A stretch of DNA of 60,616 bases from an uncultured Dehalococcoidales bacterium (GCA_964354125.1 CAYGXW010000004.1:1-60616); one strand, 5' to 3'; positions 35,896 through 47,828 are shown, counted from the stretch's first letter. Notes: generated by a model not told the origin, from the letters alone. Translations and numbers: made by a program.

Positions 35896-38800
35896 TTAGC
35901 GCCGTTTGGCCACCAGAATCAATATGACAATCAGCAGTAATGCTACAACGGAACCCATACCTGCTATCATATAATAGACCCAGTCAGGGGTAGCCGGTTG
36001 TGGTTGAACTGGTGATTGAGTGGGGGGCTGGGATGTTATTGTAATTCCCACAGTTATAACCGGGGGCTCCACAGTTATTTCCGGCGGAGGCACTACAATT
36101 ATTTCTTGAGGCACCTGGGGCACCTCTAAAGTTATTAAGGTTGTTGTTGCTGGAGGCGGCTCAACCACTACTTCTGGCTCCGGCTCGGTGGTGAAACTAC
36201 CCACAGCACTCCAGGCGCTATTTGTAATAGAGCTAACAGCCCTAACCCTCCAGTAGTATGTGGTATTGTAGAGCAAGTTTATATCAGACTGCCAGGCATT
36301 GCCGGGCAGGGCATATTCACCAACCCGGCTTATTTCAGGATTACTAAAATCAAATTTACTGGACACTATCAACTCATAGCCACTAGCCCCGGCTACGGCA
36401 CTCCACTGGAACACAGGCCTTATTGACACATTAGTAGCACCAGCCTGAGGGCTTTCCAGTCTGGGGGCAACAATGTCACCGCCAAGGCTGGTAGTAAACG
36501 ACCACTTTTCTGACCAGGGGCTCAACACCGGCTTGTATGCTCTCACCCGCCAGTAGTAAGTTGTGTTAGATTCAAGTTCCGGCAGCCCAACCGAACTTGC
36601 CGTGGTATTACCTTCAAATCCGGTAGGCGCAGAAGAGAAGTCGTTATCATCATCAATCTGCCATTGGTAGCTCGTAGCACCATCAAGCGGCTCCCAGTCA
36701 AGGCTGACATCCCTAATAGCGCCATTAACAATCATACCCACGCCTGGTGCCTGGTTATCGGGACAGGTTAAGATAACCGGCTTGGTCAAGCTGTCAATAT
36801 AGGTCACCAGCATAATATTGGTGGTGTCAATTGACCATATTTGGTTGCCACCGAGCCATAAACCAAACAGGGTAGCACCATTATCTAGCCCGCGGATTAC
36901 TGTTTCAAAGGCCTCCCCTGATGTTGGCTTAAGGCAGCGTTCCATGCCACCCTTACCATTTTCTGTATCCACCTGCTGGAAGTTAGCCGCATATAATACA
37001 CCGTCAACCGAGACACCCAATGCACCAATCATACCGCCTGATGGCAAGGTGCTGTCTATATTTTCCCAGCCAGTGCTACTGCCTATAACAAAGCGATAGA
37101 TACCCCCATCCGTACTATCACTGGCAGCATAGACAGTATCATTACTGCTGAACTGGGGGTCAAAGGCAACGCTGACATTACCGGTTAGGGGTGGCGAGAT
37201 AGCACCCGATGGCAATAGTTCAAACAAGTTACCATTATCACCAGACCAGAATATCCAGCCATTGCTGTTGCCCACCAGGATATTCCCATCTTGGTTATAG
37301 CTAGGGGACAGGGCTATGGAGCTTAAAGACTGCTCACCAGCAACCGTGCCAGAAAAATAGCTTTTACCGCTATCAGTCGTCCGGTAGACAAGCCCATTAA
37401 CGCCATTATAGCCAGCAATAAACAGGGTGGTGTCATTAATCACCGCCCACTGGTCAATAGCCACCGGGGCACTCCTATAGATGAAGCTCTGCCCGTTATC
37501 AACCGACTTCCATATTGCCGGACCACTAGTTTCACCCCCGGCTAGAAACACTACTTGACTGCCACTGCCGTATTGTGGAGAAAGCTCAACAAAATCAATA
37601 CAATCAACACCATCCAGTGCACTGGAGAATACCCTCTCCCACCGGGAGATATCAGTAAGACCGCGCCACAGGCTGAAATCACCACCCCAGGTGAGCATAA
37701 AAAGGGTATTATCCTGGCTGTAATCAGGAGAAAATGCCAAGTCAATAATGCTATCAATCCTGGTGTCAATCAGACCAAGCTGATTCCAGGTAACCCCCCC
37801 ATCCGAGGTAACAGAAAAGGCACTCTCAGCACCACTGGTAGCCGCATAGGCTCTACTTTGACCAAGAAAGTCAGGAGCCATAAGCACGAAGGTTTCAGAC
37901 TGTCCTGTCGGTTCTTTCAGACTTCTTACCCAGCTACCGCCGCCATCATAGCTATAATATACCTGCCCATCACCAGCTACACCGGCTAAAAGAATGGCAT
38001 TAGTCGTATTACCGCAAACAGCCAGACTGGTAACATCAATATTGCCCAAACCGTAGCTTGAGCCAATATTGAGGTCAACAGCCAGTGAGCTAGCCGGTGC
38101 CTCTGCGCCGTAAACCGCATAGACATCACCTTTATTACCACCGGCATTAACGGCCACAAACTGGACATATGAGCCAGTGGCTAAATCCGAGCTGTAATCG
38201 TCGGGGAAAGCTACTACGGCTGACCTATTCACCACCAAAGAAGCTCCGGAATTATCCCTGTCCAATCTGGCATCGCCAATAGTCTCCCCCCAACCGGTAT
38301 TGCCTATCTTGGTGGTAACAAAGCTATCAGTCTCATCAGTGACCACAGCCACAATCTGCTGGTCATAAGCAAAGCCAGGAGAAAAAGCTACCGAATAAAC
38401 ATCATAGTCGCCGATATCGGCATCCAGCCACTGAGGAAAGAGAGGCTCTTCTTTTAGTATATAAACACCTCCATATTCAACGGCGTCAGTATCCCTGGTA
38501 GCGGCAACAACAATATTGCTATCGCCCCAGTGGGCAACATCAATGGCAGTAATCTCTATATTATCACTGCCAGCTAAAGCCGTGTTTGCCGCCAGCGGCC
38601 GGAAACTACCGCCGGCATCGGTGGACTTAAAAACATTGCTTTTAGTGGCACAGTAGATAACGCTGGCATCATCAGCCATGGTAACTATATCAACAATGGT
38701 GCCGGTAACATTACCGGTTTGTGACCAGCTATAGCCGCCGTCTACGGATTTATAAAGGCTATCAGCCAGCCCTTCAACGCAAGCGTAAAGGGCACCATCA

Positions 38801-39024
38801 GTAGTTACCGCCAACTGCCGGACGTCTGAACCATCAGCTAGTAGCCAGCCCCCAGCCTCACCCTCAACCGGAATGCTCTCCCGATACCACTTTACCTCTT
38901 CGGTAGCGGTGACCATTGGAGTGGCTGAAGTAAAAAAAGACAGGCTAACTATAATAATCAGCCCGATAATAAAGCCCGATTTCGCCATATGGCGAATTCT
39001 ACCCCGACTATAACGGCTCGTCAA
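35896..39024 (-). CDS. Large secreted BNR/Asp-box plus FN3 surface (S-layer-like) protein, paralog 2
   Basis: Signal peptide (likely ATG 38988), S.D.G.(S/T)W repeats, TTYYWRVRA FN3 motifs, Pro/Thr linker, TM helix and KRR tail. Confidence 0.85.
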   Translation of the reverse strand: MTSRYSRGRIRHMAKSGFIIGLIIIVSLSFFTSATPMVTATEEVKWYRESIPVEGEAGGWLLADGSDVRQLAVTTDGALYACVEGLADSLYKSVDGGYSWSQTGNVTGTIVDIVTMADDASVIYCATKSNVFKSTDAGGSFRPLAANTALAGSDNIEITAIDVAHWGDSNIVVAATRDTDAVEYGGVYILKEEPLFPQWLDADIGDYDVYSVAFSPGFAYDQQIVAVVTDETDSFVTTKIGNTGWGETIGDARLDRDNSGASLVVNRSAVVAFPDDYSSDLATGSYVQFVAVNAGGNKGDVYAVYGAEAPASSLAVDLNIGSSYGLGNIDVTSLAVCGNTTNAILLAGVAGDGQVYYSYDGGGSWVRSLKEPTGQSETFVLMAPDFLGQSRAYAATSGAESAFSVTSDGGVTWNQLGLIDTRIDSIIDLAFSPDYSQDNTLFMLTWGGDFSLWRGLTDISRWERVFSSALDGVDCIDFVELSPQYGSGSQVVFLAGGETSGPAIWKSVDNGQSFIYRSAPVAIDQWAVINDTTLFIAGYNGVNGLVYRTTDSGKSYFSGTVAGEQSLSSIALSPSYNQDGNILVGNSNGWIFWSGDNGNLFELLPSGAISPPLTGNVSVAFDPQFSSNDTVYAASDSTDGGIYRFVIGSSTGWENIDSTLPSGGMIGALGVSVDGVLYAANFQQVDTENGKGGMERCLKPTSGEAFETVIRGLDNGATLFGLWLGGNQIWSIDTTNIMLVTYIDSLTKPVILTCPDNQAPGVGMIVNGAIRDVSLDWEPLDGATSYQWQIDDDNDFSSAPTGFEGNTTASSVGLPELESNTTYYWRVRAYKPVLSPWSEKWSFTTSLGGDIVAPRLESPQAGATNVSIRPVFQWSAVAGASGYELIVSSKFDFSNPEISRVGEYALPGNAWQSDINLLYNTTYYWRVRAVSSITNSAWSAVGSFTTEPEPEVVVEPPPATTTLITLEVPQVPQEIIVVPPPEITVEPPVITVGITITSQPPTQSPVQPQPATPDWVYYMIAGMGSVVALLLIVILILVAKRR

Positions 39025-39056
39025 TACATAGTGAAGGATTTGTTTAAGGATTTACT

Positions 39057-39093
39057 AAAAAAGAGAGAGCCCCCCGAACTTCGGGGGGCTCTC
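39057..39093 (-). terminator. Intrinsic terminator of the 1151-aa surface protein gene
   Basis: GAGAGCCCCCC-gaacttc-GGGGGGCTCTC with an A-run on + (U-run on -). Confidence 0.88.
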
Positions 39094-39142
39094 GTAAAGT
39101 CTGGATAGGGTGTTATCCCTTACGCCAGAATCAGTCTCTTGG

Positions 39143-42100
39143 TTAGACTACTCTCCTGGTTCTGATGATCAGGACAATCACCGCTATGGTTAGTACCGCA
39201 CCAATGGCCACTATTATCCAGATATAGACCGGTGTCTCTACTTCCGGCTGAGCAATCTGTATTGTGGTTGAGGTTGTCGTTGGCGTCGGAAGAATGATAT
39301 CCGGTTCTACCACGGTGATATCCGGAGGTACCACTGTTATATCTGGAGGTACCACTGTTACTATTGGAGCAGGCATGGTTACAATTACAGTAGGTGTTAT
39401 CTGCGGTGGAATCGTTACCGGTGGCAGTGGCTCTACTGGCTTCAGCATGGTGTGGAAGTTCTGGGTGGTACACCAGGCGCTCTTGGTGCCGGTAGCGCTG
39501 ACTGCCCTTATCCTCCAGTAGTGGTCGGTATCGTAGGCAAGCTTAGTGGCGCAGGTGTAGGCGGTGGTCGGAGCAGTAATCGTTGTCTTTACGATTGTAG
39601 CAGTAAAGGTTGGGTCTATGCCCAGCTCAAACTCGTAGCTGACAGCGTTGGACACCCCAGCCCAGACAAACGATGGCAGTAGCGGAGCATCCTGCAAACC
39701 CTGAGCCGGGACTTCAGGAACTGGCGTGGCGATAGCCTCAATGGTCTTGAAGCTAACCGCAGTAGACCAGCGGCTCTGGAACGTCTGACCAGTCGCCACC
39801 CTGACCTTCACTGAATAGGTAGTGTTGTGGGTAAGAGGTGAAAGGGTGGTAGTAGTAGCCGGTGTTGCCGATGGTGTTGCCGGTACAGGGACAATGGTGG
39901 TGTCGTACTTAACCTGGTACTGCTTAGCACCGGTCATCGCCGTCCAGCTTACCTTGGCTGAGGTCTCCTTGACGTCAGAAACCGCCACTCCTGTTACCTG
40001 ACCGCTCAGGGTGTCCTTAAGAGCCCAGAACGTTGGAGTAAGAACCCCGGTGACAGGCGAACCCATCGCCCACAGGGTGTTGGAGCCCTCGGTAAGCCAC
40101 AGGCCATAAGCACCAGTTTTGGGGGCTTTCTCCCAGATGTTATCACTCTCACCCAGAAGCAGGCGGAAGAGGTTGGTCTCACCGGTTACAGTACCGCCTG
40201 GATTTGTTATGTGGTTAATGTCAATGGTCATGTCATTAGCGGCAGTCTCAGCCACAGTTACAGTCTCGCCAGCCTCAAACGGCACAGCTACATTAAGCAG
40301 GGTTAATCCTGTAAAGGTGAGCATGGAGGTATAGGCGGCGGCATCAGGACCAGCATTATCCACAACATAGATAGTGCCGGAGACAGAATTGTAGCCAGTG
40401 GCTGTAAAGCTATCGGCGGGAGTGCCGATATTAATCGCCTCCTCATCAATGAAGGTACCCTGAAGCTTTGTGACCACAACATCGGTCAGGGTAACATTCG
40501 CCTGGGCACCGCTATCTGTGCCTGTAAGGACGATATGACCACTAATGGCATGGGCTGTCGTCGCTGGCGTCGTTGTTACATCGCCGCCAAGGGCATAAAT
40601 GGTGTTATCTTTGGCAACCTGTAAGCCGCTAAAGCTGGTAGCCGTAGCGGTAGCCAGGGCGCTGTCTTTGAGGTCCTTCAGGCTATCAGTCTTAAACTTG
40701 TTGCCGTCTAAGGTTGCCGTCTTGACCGTGCTGCCGCTGGAGGCTAAGTAGATAACGGTGGCGTCCTTCTGGTCAAAGGCGACATAGACATCACCGGTAA
40801 GACCGGTAGTCTGAGCAGCACCCCAGGTGTCGCCGGCGTCGTTGGAGATATATACCTTGCCACTATCGTCGCCAACGACCAGGTTGTCTTTGGCAGTATC
40901 GTCGGGGTTAAAGCCGGGCTGAAGGGCTATGGAATTACCAGTCACACCCAATAGCTCCTTGTCCGCCGGACCGAAGAGGCTGGTGCCCAAGAAGCCATAG
41001 CTACCCACACAAGCGGCATAGATGGTAGCGCTGTTATAGACCTTCAGGTCCCATGTCCATATGATATCGGGTGATATGGTGCGCCAGTAGCTGAAGGTCT
41101 GGGCATTATCGGTGGACTTCCAGAGTTCATAGGCTGAACTAGCAGCATTGTAACCAGAAAGCATGATGGTCTTGTCGCTGGCATAGTTCATGGAATACTC
41201 TACCCAGTAGAAGTAGGTCAATCCTGAAACCGTCGTGTTCAGCACCCTCTCCCACACTGGGTTGGCGGCGGTGATATCGTCGGTCCGCCATAAACTATCA
41301 GTCACTCCATCTTGACTTATCATCAGAGCCGGTTGGCTGGCGGTAACCGGGGCAAAGGCTATATCATTAATGGGCGCCGTCCAACCAGTATCAATCCAGC
41401 TTCTCTGGTTCCAGGTCATACCGCCATCGGCGGTATATGAAAAGGCACTCTCATCACCGGTTGTCGCCTGGCTTGAGCAGTAGGCAACACCGGTGCTCGG
41501 GTTAAAGGCTCCGGGAGCCATATAGACATGAAAACGCATCGTGCCAGTGGGCCCCTTGAGAGCCAGGGTAAAGGTATCACCGGCATTGTAACTGCAGTAC
41601 ACTATTGCTGAGTTGTAAGTGCCGGCCAGGATGACATTCCCCGATACCTCCACGCTAACAATGTCATCGTTAACCGGAAGTAGCGGCAGGGCTTCGCTAT
41701 CCCCTGGTACTACTGCACCCCTAACCTGGAAGATGTTGCCATCATCGGCACCGCCACCCAGGTCAGTACAACCGACATACAGCATCGGGGTATTGCTGGT
41801 GTAGCCATCCGGGAATTCAATATCAACCCACTCGCAAACATCTACAAAGGCACCACCCTGCTTTTGCAGGTTAACATTGGAAATGGTCAAACCCCACTGC
41901 CCGGGTGATACGGTAGATGTTACCTGGAAATGCCCAGCGCCGTTGTCAATTACTGCCCAGATGAGGTTACTGCTGTTGAAGTCAGGGGCAAAGGCGACCT
42001 CATAGGCGGCACGATTGGCCGGTGGTGGGACGAGTTGCTGGTCTTTCCAATCCTCAAACAGGGCATCTTTCAAGACCAGTACATCAATATCTGTAGCTGC

Positions 42101-42598
42101 TAGAATCCAGACTTTACTGCCGTCATACCATAAGTCTAAGTCATAGACTGTAGTGGCAGTATTGACACCACTATCCACGCAGCTCTTTAGAAGTATTGGG
42201 GTATCGGCGCCTTTACCTGTCATGCGGTAGATGTCAGCATTCATCCGGGAGACGTAGACGGTGCCGTCTGAAGCATAGTTGGGCGAGATGGCAATGTCGG
42301 AAATTCTGCTGGTGTTACCAGTAAATTTCGTCGCCGTCCAGCTAACACCTTTATCAACCGACTTCCAGACTGACCAATAGTTTGACCCTTCCGCATTCAG
42401 TATGGCGGCATAGATAGTGCCATCGGGCGCTACCGCCATCACTCCGACACCAGTCTCTGCCTCTAGTGTTGGCATACCAATTTCACCCCAGGCATTGGTG
42501 CCGGGAGCGGCGGATACCGGGGCAGATACTATAGCCAGACTGGATAACAGAGCCAGGCTCAGCACTACTCCCAATACTTTAACAATTTTCTTTTTCAT
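39143..42598 (-). CDS. Large secreted BNR/Asp-box plus FN3 surface (S-layer-like) protein, paralog 1
   Basis: MKKK signal peptide, KSVDKGVSW/TADGGMTW/SNDAGDTW Asp-boxes, FN3 domains, VVPPDIT repeats, TM helix and RTRR tail. Confidence 0.88.
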   Translation of the reverse strand: MKKKIVKVLGVVLSLALLSSLAIVSAPVSAAPGTNAWGEIGMPTLEAETGVGVMAVAPDGTIYAAILNAEGSNYWSVWKSVDKGVSWTATKFTGNTSRISDIAISPNYASDGTVYVSRMNADIYRMTGKGADTPILLKSCVDSGVNTATTVYDLDLWYDGSKVWILAATDIDVLVLKDALFEDWKDQQLVPPPANRAAYEVAFAPDFNSSNLIWAVIDNGAGHFQVTSTVSPGQWGLTISNVNLQKQGGAFVDVCEWVDIEFPDGYTSNTPMLYVGCTDLGGGADDGNIFQVRGAVVPGDSEALPLLPVNDDIVSVEVSGNVILAGTYNSAIVYCSYNAGDTFTLALKGPTGTMRFHVYMAPGAFNPSTGVAYCSSQATTGDESAFSYTADGGMTWNQRSWIDTGWTAPINDIAFAPVTASQPALMISQDGVTDSLWRTDDITAANPVWERVLNTTVSGLTYFYWVEYSMNYASDKTIMLSGYNAASSAYELWKSTDNAQTFSYWRTISPDIIWTWDLKVYNSATIYAACVGSYGFLGTSLFGPADKELLGVTGNSIALQPGFNPDDTAKDNLVVGDDSGKVYISNDAGDTWGAAQTTGLTGDVYVAFDQKDATVIYLASSGSTVKTATLDGNKFKTDSLKDLKDSALATATATSFSGLQVAKDNTIYALGGDVTTTPATTAHAISGHIVLTGTDSGAQANVTLTDVVVTKLQGTFIDEEAINIGTPADSFTATGYNSVSGTIYVVDNAGPDAAAYTSMLTFTGLTLLNVAVPFEAGETVTVAETAANDMTIDINHITNPGGTVTGETNLFRLLLGESDNIWEKAPKTGAYGLWLTEGSNTLWAMGSPVTGVLTPTFWALKDTLSGQVTGVAVSDVKETSAKVSWTAMTGAKQYQVKYDTTIVPVPATPSATPATTTTLSPLTHNTTYSVKVRVATGQTFQSRWSTAVSFKTIEAIATPVPEVPAQGLQDAPLLPSFVWAGVSNAVSYEFELGIDPTFTATIVKTTITAPTTAYTCATKLAYDTDHYWRIRAVSATGTKSAWCTTQNFHTMLKPVEPLPPVTIPPQITPTVIVTMPAPIVTVVPPDITVVPPDITVVEPDIILPTPTTTSTTIQIAQPEVETPVYIWIIVAIGAVLTIAVIVLIIRTRRVV

Positions 42599-42867
42599 CG
42601 ACCTTAATTTTTCTCCTTTTATTTATTTGTAAACATAAGATTAACATAAAGTATTTCTTGCCCCCTATTTATTGGAGACAAGGTAACTTCTAGATATATC
42701 CGTTTTTGAGTTTAATAACTCATCTCCCCTTTCGGGTCGTTGCAATAACACCACCTCCTTTAAATAGTCTACCTTATATAATACCACACCTTGTCAAGTG
42801 GGGTATTTGCTTAAATATAGAAAAAATCTATATTCTTAATAATATAGGACTGAAGGGTAGCCTTTTT

Positions 42868-44130
42868 CTATGTTTCCTTACTCAGACCAGCCAGAAACTC
42901 GTCATTGGTCTTTGTTTTACGCAAGCGTTCCAGGATTCTCTCTGTGGTCTCAACAGAGTTCACAGAGTCAGCAGACACCATAGCCATCATACGCCTCAGC
43001 AGACGAATCTGTTTTACTGTGTTTTCATCCAGAAGCAGCTCCTCCCGTCTGGTGCCACTGCGCTGTATGTCTATTGCCGGAAAGAGCCTGCGCTCAGCCA
43101 GGCGTCGGTCAAGGTGGAGTTCCATATTACCCGTGCCTTTGAATTCTTCATAGATAAGCTCATCCATACGGCTACCGGTATCAACAAGGCAGGTAGCAAT
43201 AATAGTTAGGCTACCACCCTCGTCTACATTACGGGCGGCACCAAAATAACGCTTGGCCGGGTGTAAAGCCACCGGGTCAATACCGCCGGATAGGGTGCGC
43301 CCGCTGGGTGGCATAGCCAGATTATAGGCTCGGGTGAGCCGGGTAATGCCATCAAGAAGAATAAGTACATCAGTACCACTTTCTACCATCCGCTTGGCCC
43401 TCTCCAGTGCCAGCTCAGCGACACGGGTGTGGTTTTCTACCGGCTCATCAAAGGTGGCGCTTATCACCTGACCCTTAACCGAGCGTTTCATATCGGTAAC
43501 TTCCTCGGGGCGCTCGCCAATAAGGCATATCATTAGATAAATATCACTGTAATTAGTGGTCGCGGCATTGGCTATCATTTTCATCAGTACTGTCTTGCCC
43601 GCCTTGGGAGGGGAAACTATTAACCCACGCTGGCCCCTACCGATAGGGGCAATCAGGTTTATAAGTCGTGTCGATAGGTTTTCAGGTGAGGTCTCCAGGT
43701 TAATCAATTTATCAGGAAAGGTTGGGGTAAGTGAGCCAAAATGGGGCCTGGTTCTGGCTAGCTCGGGATTCATATCATTAATTGCCTCAACACGGAGCAG
43801 GCCATAGTATTTTTCGCCTGCCTTAGCCGGTCTGCCCTGACCAACAACCATGTCGCCAGTGCGCAGGCCAAAGCGCCGTATTTGGGACTGGGAAACATAA
43901 ACATCCAATGAGCTGGGCAGTAGCGTGTCCTGCCTGAGAAAGCCATAACCGTCAGCCATTATATCCAGGATACCGCTACAAAAGATGTTGCCCTGCTGTT
44001 CGGCATTAACCTGCAGCAGACGCATAACAAGTTCCTGCTTTTTTAGATTTTTATAATTAGCAAGCCCATTTTCTTTAGCTAGCTCAAGCAACTCATCTCT
44101 ATTTTTATTTTCCAACTGACTGATATCCAT
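42868..44130 (-). CDS. rho: Transcription termination factor Rho
   Basis: [35 protein letters not shown] and [10 protein letters not shown] motifs. Confidence 0.98.
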   Translation of the reverse strand: MDISQLENKNRDELLELAKENGLANYKNLKKQELVMRLLQVNAEQQGNIFCSGILDIMADGYGFLRQDTLLPSSLDVYVSQSQIRRFGLRTGDMVVGQGRPAKAGEKYYGLLRVEAINDMNPELARTRPHFGSLTPTFPDKLINLETSPENLSTRLINLIAPIGRGQRGLIVSPPKAGKTVLMKMIANAATTNYSDIYLMICLIGERPEEVTDMKRSVKGQVISATFDEPVENHTRVAELALERAKRMVESGTDVLILLDGITRLTRAYNLAMPPSGRTLSGGIDPVALHPAKRYFGAARNVDEGGSLTIIATCLVDTGSRMDELIYEEFKGTGNMELHLDRRLAERRLFPAIDIQRSGTRREELLLDENTVKQIRLLRRMMAMVSADSVNSVETTERILERLRKTKTNDEFLAGLSKET

Positions 44131-44221
44131 ATTTTTACCTTCCTCTTTTTACCCCGATCCTCCTCTTAAAGAATAAATCGATAATATAAATATATAATTT
44201 AGTTTAAACATTCTACCCTGA

Positions 44222-44875
44222 TTATCTATCGCCCGAAACACTCCGCCAGTCGGCAAGGAAATTTTCGATGCCGATATCTGTAAGCGGGTGTTTTGTCATT
44301 TGCAGTAGTACTTTATAGGGAACGGTGGCAATATGAGCCCCGGCTTTAGCCGCCGCCACACAATGTAATGGGTGACGAATACTAGCCGCCAGTACCTTAG
44401 TTGTCAAGCTATACCTTTTATATACCTCAACAATATCCCTGACTAATTCCATGCCATCACGACCGACATCGTCCAGCCGGCCGACAAAGGGACTAATAAA
44501 AGCAGCCCCGGCTAATGCCCCGAGCAGAGCTTGATTTACTGAGAAGCACAGGGTCATATTAACCTTTATATTCTCCTTGGCTAACTCTGATGTTACTTCT
44601 AAGCCTTCGGCAGTGGATGGTATTTTAATTACTACATTGGGTGCCCAGGTGGCAATCTCCCTTGCTTGCTCAAGCATAGCCTGAACACCCTCCACTACCA
44701 CCTCAGCCGAAACGGGACCTGGGACAATGGAGCAGATTTCCTTAACCACCGCCTGGTAATCTTTATGTCCTTCCTTGGCTACCAGTGTCGGATTAGTAGT
44801 AACACCACTAACGACACCGAGCTTTACACCCTGTTTGATTTGGTTAATATTGGCTGTGTCCAGAAAGATACGCAT
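44222..44875 (-). CDS. Transaldolase / fructose-6-phosphate aldolase
   Basis: FLDTAN, GVTTNPT, VVIKIP, SPFVGRLDD and AASIRHP motifs. Confidence 0.93.
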   Translation of the reverse strand: MRIFLDTANINQIKQGVKLGVVSGVTTNPTLVAKEGHKDYQAVVKEICSIVPGPVSAEVVVEGVQAMLEQAREIATWAPNVVIKIPSTAEGLEVTSELAKENIKVNMTLCFSVNQALLGALAGAAFISPFVGRLDDVGRDGMELVRDIVEVYKRYSLTTKVLAASIRHPLHCVAAAKAGAHIATVPYKVLLQMTKHPLTDIGIENFLADWRSVSGDR

Positions 44876-44890
44876 TTTAGCTTCCCTAAA

Positions 44891-46525
44891 TTAAGGCGTA
44901 AGGGGTAGCGATGGCTGAGCCCCTTCACGCAGTACACCCTTGGCAGTAGCGATAAAACCGAGAAACAGGGGATGAGGACGACCAGGACGAGAGCCGAACT
45001 CTGGGTGGAACTGACAGCCGACCATCCACGGGTGGTATTTTAGTTCACAGATTTCCACCAGGTTGTTATCAGGGGACAGTCCGCTATATACCATTCCGGC
45101 TTGCGCCAGTATATCACGATATTCATTGTTAAACTCATAGCGGTGTCTGTGGCGCTCGTAAACCAGTTTTTGGCCATAGGCAGTAGCAGCATGGCTATCA
45201 TTGGTCAACCTACAGGGGTAAACCCCCAGGCGCATTGTTCCACCCTTGTTCTTTATCGCCCGCTGTTCCGGTAAGAGAGCAATAACCGGATAAGGTGTAT
45301 CGGCATCAAACTCGGTAGAATTCGGCTTATCTGAGCCCAGTATATGGCGAGCAAATTCAATTACCATAACCTGCATTCCGAGACACAACCCCAGGTATGG
45401 AATCTTGTTTTCCCGGGCATAATTGGCTGCCTTCACCATACCTTCTATACCTCTGACGCCAAAGCCGCCGGGTACTATTATACCCTGAGCCTGCCGTAGC
45501 AGAGCCTCACCGCCATCCCTTTCCAGTTCTTCAGAGTGAACCCACTGTAGATTAATATCTCTATCGTGATAAAGCCCAGCGTGACATAATGCCTCCCTGA
45601 CCGAGTAATAGGCATCTTCTAGTTCTACATATTTGCCCACCAGCGCTATGTTTACCATCTCATTAGGCTTTTTAAGACAGGAGACCATCTCCCGCCACTT
45701 GTCAAGGTCTTTCTTCCGCTGTTTAAGACCAAGCTTTTTTACCACCAGTTGTCCCAAGCCTTCTTCTTCTAGTACCAGCGGCACTTCATATATAGTTGGT
45801 ACTGTAGGTAATGGAATAACCGCTTCACGACTAACATCACAGAAAAGGGAGATTTTATCCCTTATCCCATCCGGGATGGGGTAATCACTGCGGCAGATGA
45901 TAATGTCTGGCTGGATACCAATGCGCCTGAGCTCATTAACACTGTGCTGGGTAGGCTTGGTTTTTAGCTCCTTGGTAGTATTAATATAAGGAAGCAGGGT
46001 GACATGGATATAGAGTATATTATCCCGTCCCACATCATTTCTCATCTGCCTGATGGCTTCAAGGAATGGTTGCCCTTCAATATCACCTACCGTGCCCCCC
46101 ACTTCAATAATAACCACATCAGCCTTGGATTTTTCGGCCAGTCTCTGGAATCGTTTCTTAATTTCGGTGGTTACATGAGGCACCACCTGAATGGTACCCC
46201 CCAGGAAGTCGCCACGCCTCTCCTTGGCAATAACGTCACTATAAATCTGCCCTGAGGTTACATTTGAGTCGGCGGTAAGCTCAACATCAATGAAGCGTTC
46301 ATAATTACCCAGGTCAAGGTCAGTCTCGGCACCATCTTTGGTGACAAATACCTCACCATGCTGATAAGGTGACATCGTTCCCGGGTCAACATTAAGGTAG
46401 GGGTCCAGCTTCTGAACCGAGACGCTGATTTTACGGCTCTTTAGGAGGGTGCCTATAGAGGCAGCGGTGATACCCTTACCCACTGAACTAACAACACCAC
46501 CGGTAACAAAGATATACTTTGACAT
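44891..46525 (-). CDS. pyrG: CTP synthase
   Basis: [35 protein letters not shown] and QFHPE motifs. Confidence 0.99.
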   Translation of the reverse strand: MSKYIFVTGGVVSSVGKGITAASIGTLLKSRKISVSVQKLDPYLNVDPGTMSPYQHGEVFVTKDGAETDLDLGNYERFIDVELTADSNVTSGQIYSDVIAKERRGDFLGGTIQVVPHVTTEIKKRFQRLAEKSKADVVIIEVGGTVGDIEGQPFLEAIRQMRNDVGRDNILYIHVTLLPYINTTKELKTKPTQHSVNELRRIGIQPDIIICRSDYPIPDGIRDKISLFCDVSREAVIPLPTVPTIYEVPLVLEEEGLGQLVVKKLGLKQRKKDLDKWREMVSCLKKPNEMVNIALVGKYVELEDAYYSVREALCHAGLYHDRDINLQWVHSEELERDGGEALLRQAQGIIVPGGFGVRGIEGMVKAANYARENKIPYLGLCLGMQVMVIEFARHILGSDKPNSTEFDADTPYPVIALLPEQRAIKNKGGTMRLGVYPCRLTNDSHAATAYGQKLVYERHRHRYEFNNEYRDILAQAGMVYSGLSPDNNLVEICELKYHPWMVGCQFHPEFGSRPGRPHPLFLGFIATAKGVLREGAQPSLPLTP

Positions 46526-46767
46526 TAGGGAAATCTTATTCCATATACCCGAAGACTTATAAATTTATCAGGAAAAAGCTAAAAGTAAAACCATAACAAT
46601 CCTGGATAAATCCTTAATGAGAGGGTAAAAGAACGAGTTTCTTTTATTATAAACAGGTAAATAACTAATTGTCAAGTGTAAGCAGGCAAATATCTGGTTA
46701 TCAAGTTTCTATGATTACAAAACCTTTAATATATTAACAATATTTTATTAATATTCCTGAATATCGT

Positions 46768-46797
46768 TTGACAAATATCATAAGACCTAATTATAAT
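46768..46797 (+). promoter_or_regulatory. Consensus sigma70 promoter of the dnaJ-hspR-clp operon
   Basis: TTGACA-18 bp-TATAAT. Confidence 0.7.
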
Positions 46798-46826
46798 ATA
46801 ACAGTATTTTAATAACGGTAAATAAG

Positions 46827-47828
46827 ATGGCGGGTAAGGATTACTATAATATATTAGGCGTTAGTCGCAACACCAGTGAAAAGGAGATAAAGCAGGCTTT
46901 CCGCCGGCTGGCTCGCAAGTATCACCCCGATGTCAATCCGGGTGATAAATCCGCCGAGGAGAGGTTTAAGCAGGTAAGCGAAGCCTACGAAGTTCTCTCC
47001 GACAAGGAGAAGCGAAAGAAGTATGACCAGTTTGGCGACCAGTGGCAGTACGCCGACCAGTTTGCCAAAGCCGGAGGACGAGGAGCACCCTTCCAAGACT
47101 TTGATTTCGGTGACCTTTTCGGCAGCGGTGCCAGAACCTATAGCTTCAGTGGCGGTGGGCTTGACAGCCTGTTTGACGAGCTATTGCACAGCGGTAAGGC
47201 TAGCACCTACACCCGCCGTGCCCAGCCCAGGCGGGGGAGGGATATAGAACACCCGGTTGAGGTAACGCTGGAAGAAGCATTTTCTGGCACTAGCCACATT
47301 CTCAGCCTACAAACTGAAGAGCCCTGTGCCACCTGTCACGGCACCGGTCAGATACAAAATATACCCTGCTCGGTGTGTCGTGGCTTGGGGGTAGTGCCCC
47401 GGATGAAGAGGATTGAAGTCAAAATACCAGCCGGGGTCAAGACGGGTTCTCGCGTGCGCATCGCCGGCAAGGGTGGGCAAGGCTATGGCGGTGCCAAGGG
47501 AGACCTTTACCTGATGATAACGGTTAAACCCCATCCACTTTTTGAGCGCCAGGGTGATGACCTCTATGTTAATGTAGATGTCCCGCTAATGACGGCCGTG
47601 CTGGGTGGTGAGGTTAAGGTAGCCACCCTTAAGGGAAGTCTGGAGCTAAAGATTCCACCGGAGACCCAGAATGGACGTTTCTTTCGCCTAGCTGGGCAGG
47701 GTATGCCCCATCTGGGTAAAACCACCCATGGCGACCTGAAAGCTAAAGTAAATGTAATATTACCAACAAACTTATCTCAAGAGGAGAAGGAGTTATTCAA
47801 AAAGCTCAACCAGTTTCGCGCCACATAG
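46827..47828 (+). CDS. dnaJ: DnaJ-class chaperone with a reduced zinc finger
   Basis: J-domain with HPD, G/F region, two CxxCxGxG repeats, C-terminal domain. Confidence 0.9.
   Translation: MAGKDYYNILGVSRNTSEKEIKQAFRRLARKYHPDVNPGDKSAEERFKQVSEAYEVLSDKEKRKKYDQFGDQWQYADQFAKAGGRGAPFQDFDFGDLFGSGARTYSFSGGGLDSLFDELLHSGKASTYTRRAQPRRGRDIEHPVEVTLEEAFSGTSHILSLQTEEPCATCHGTGQIQNIPCSVCRGLGVVPRMKRIEVKIPAGVKTGSRVRIAGKGGQGYGGAKGDLYLMITVKPHPLFERQGDDLYVNVDVPLMTAVLGGEVKVATLKGSLELKIPPETQNGRFFRLAGQGMPHLGKTTHGDLKAKVNVILPTNLSQEEKELFKKLNQFRAT

Noticed and set aside
42706-43209. 167-aa + strand ORF and similar short antisense ORFs across housekeeping genes
   Set aside because: They overlap well-supported genes (here rho) on the opposite strand and have no motifs
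46530-46826. HAIR operator for HspR
   Set aside because: No convincing CTTGAGT-N7-ACTCAAG match found by eye
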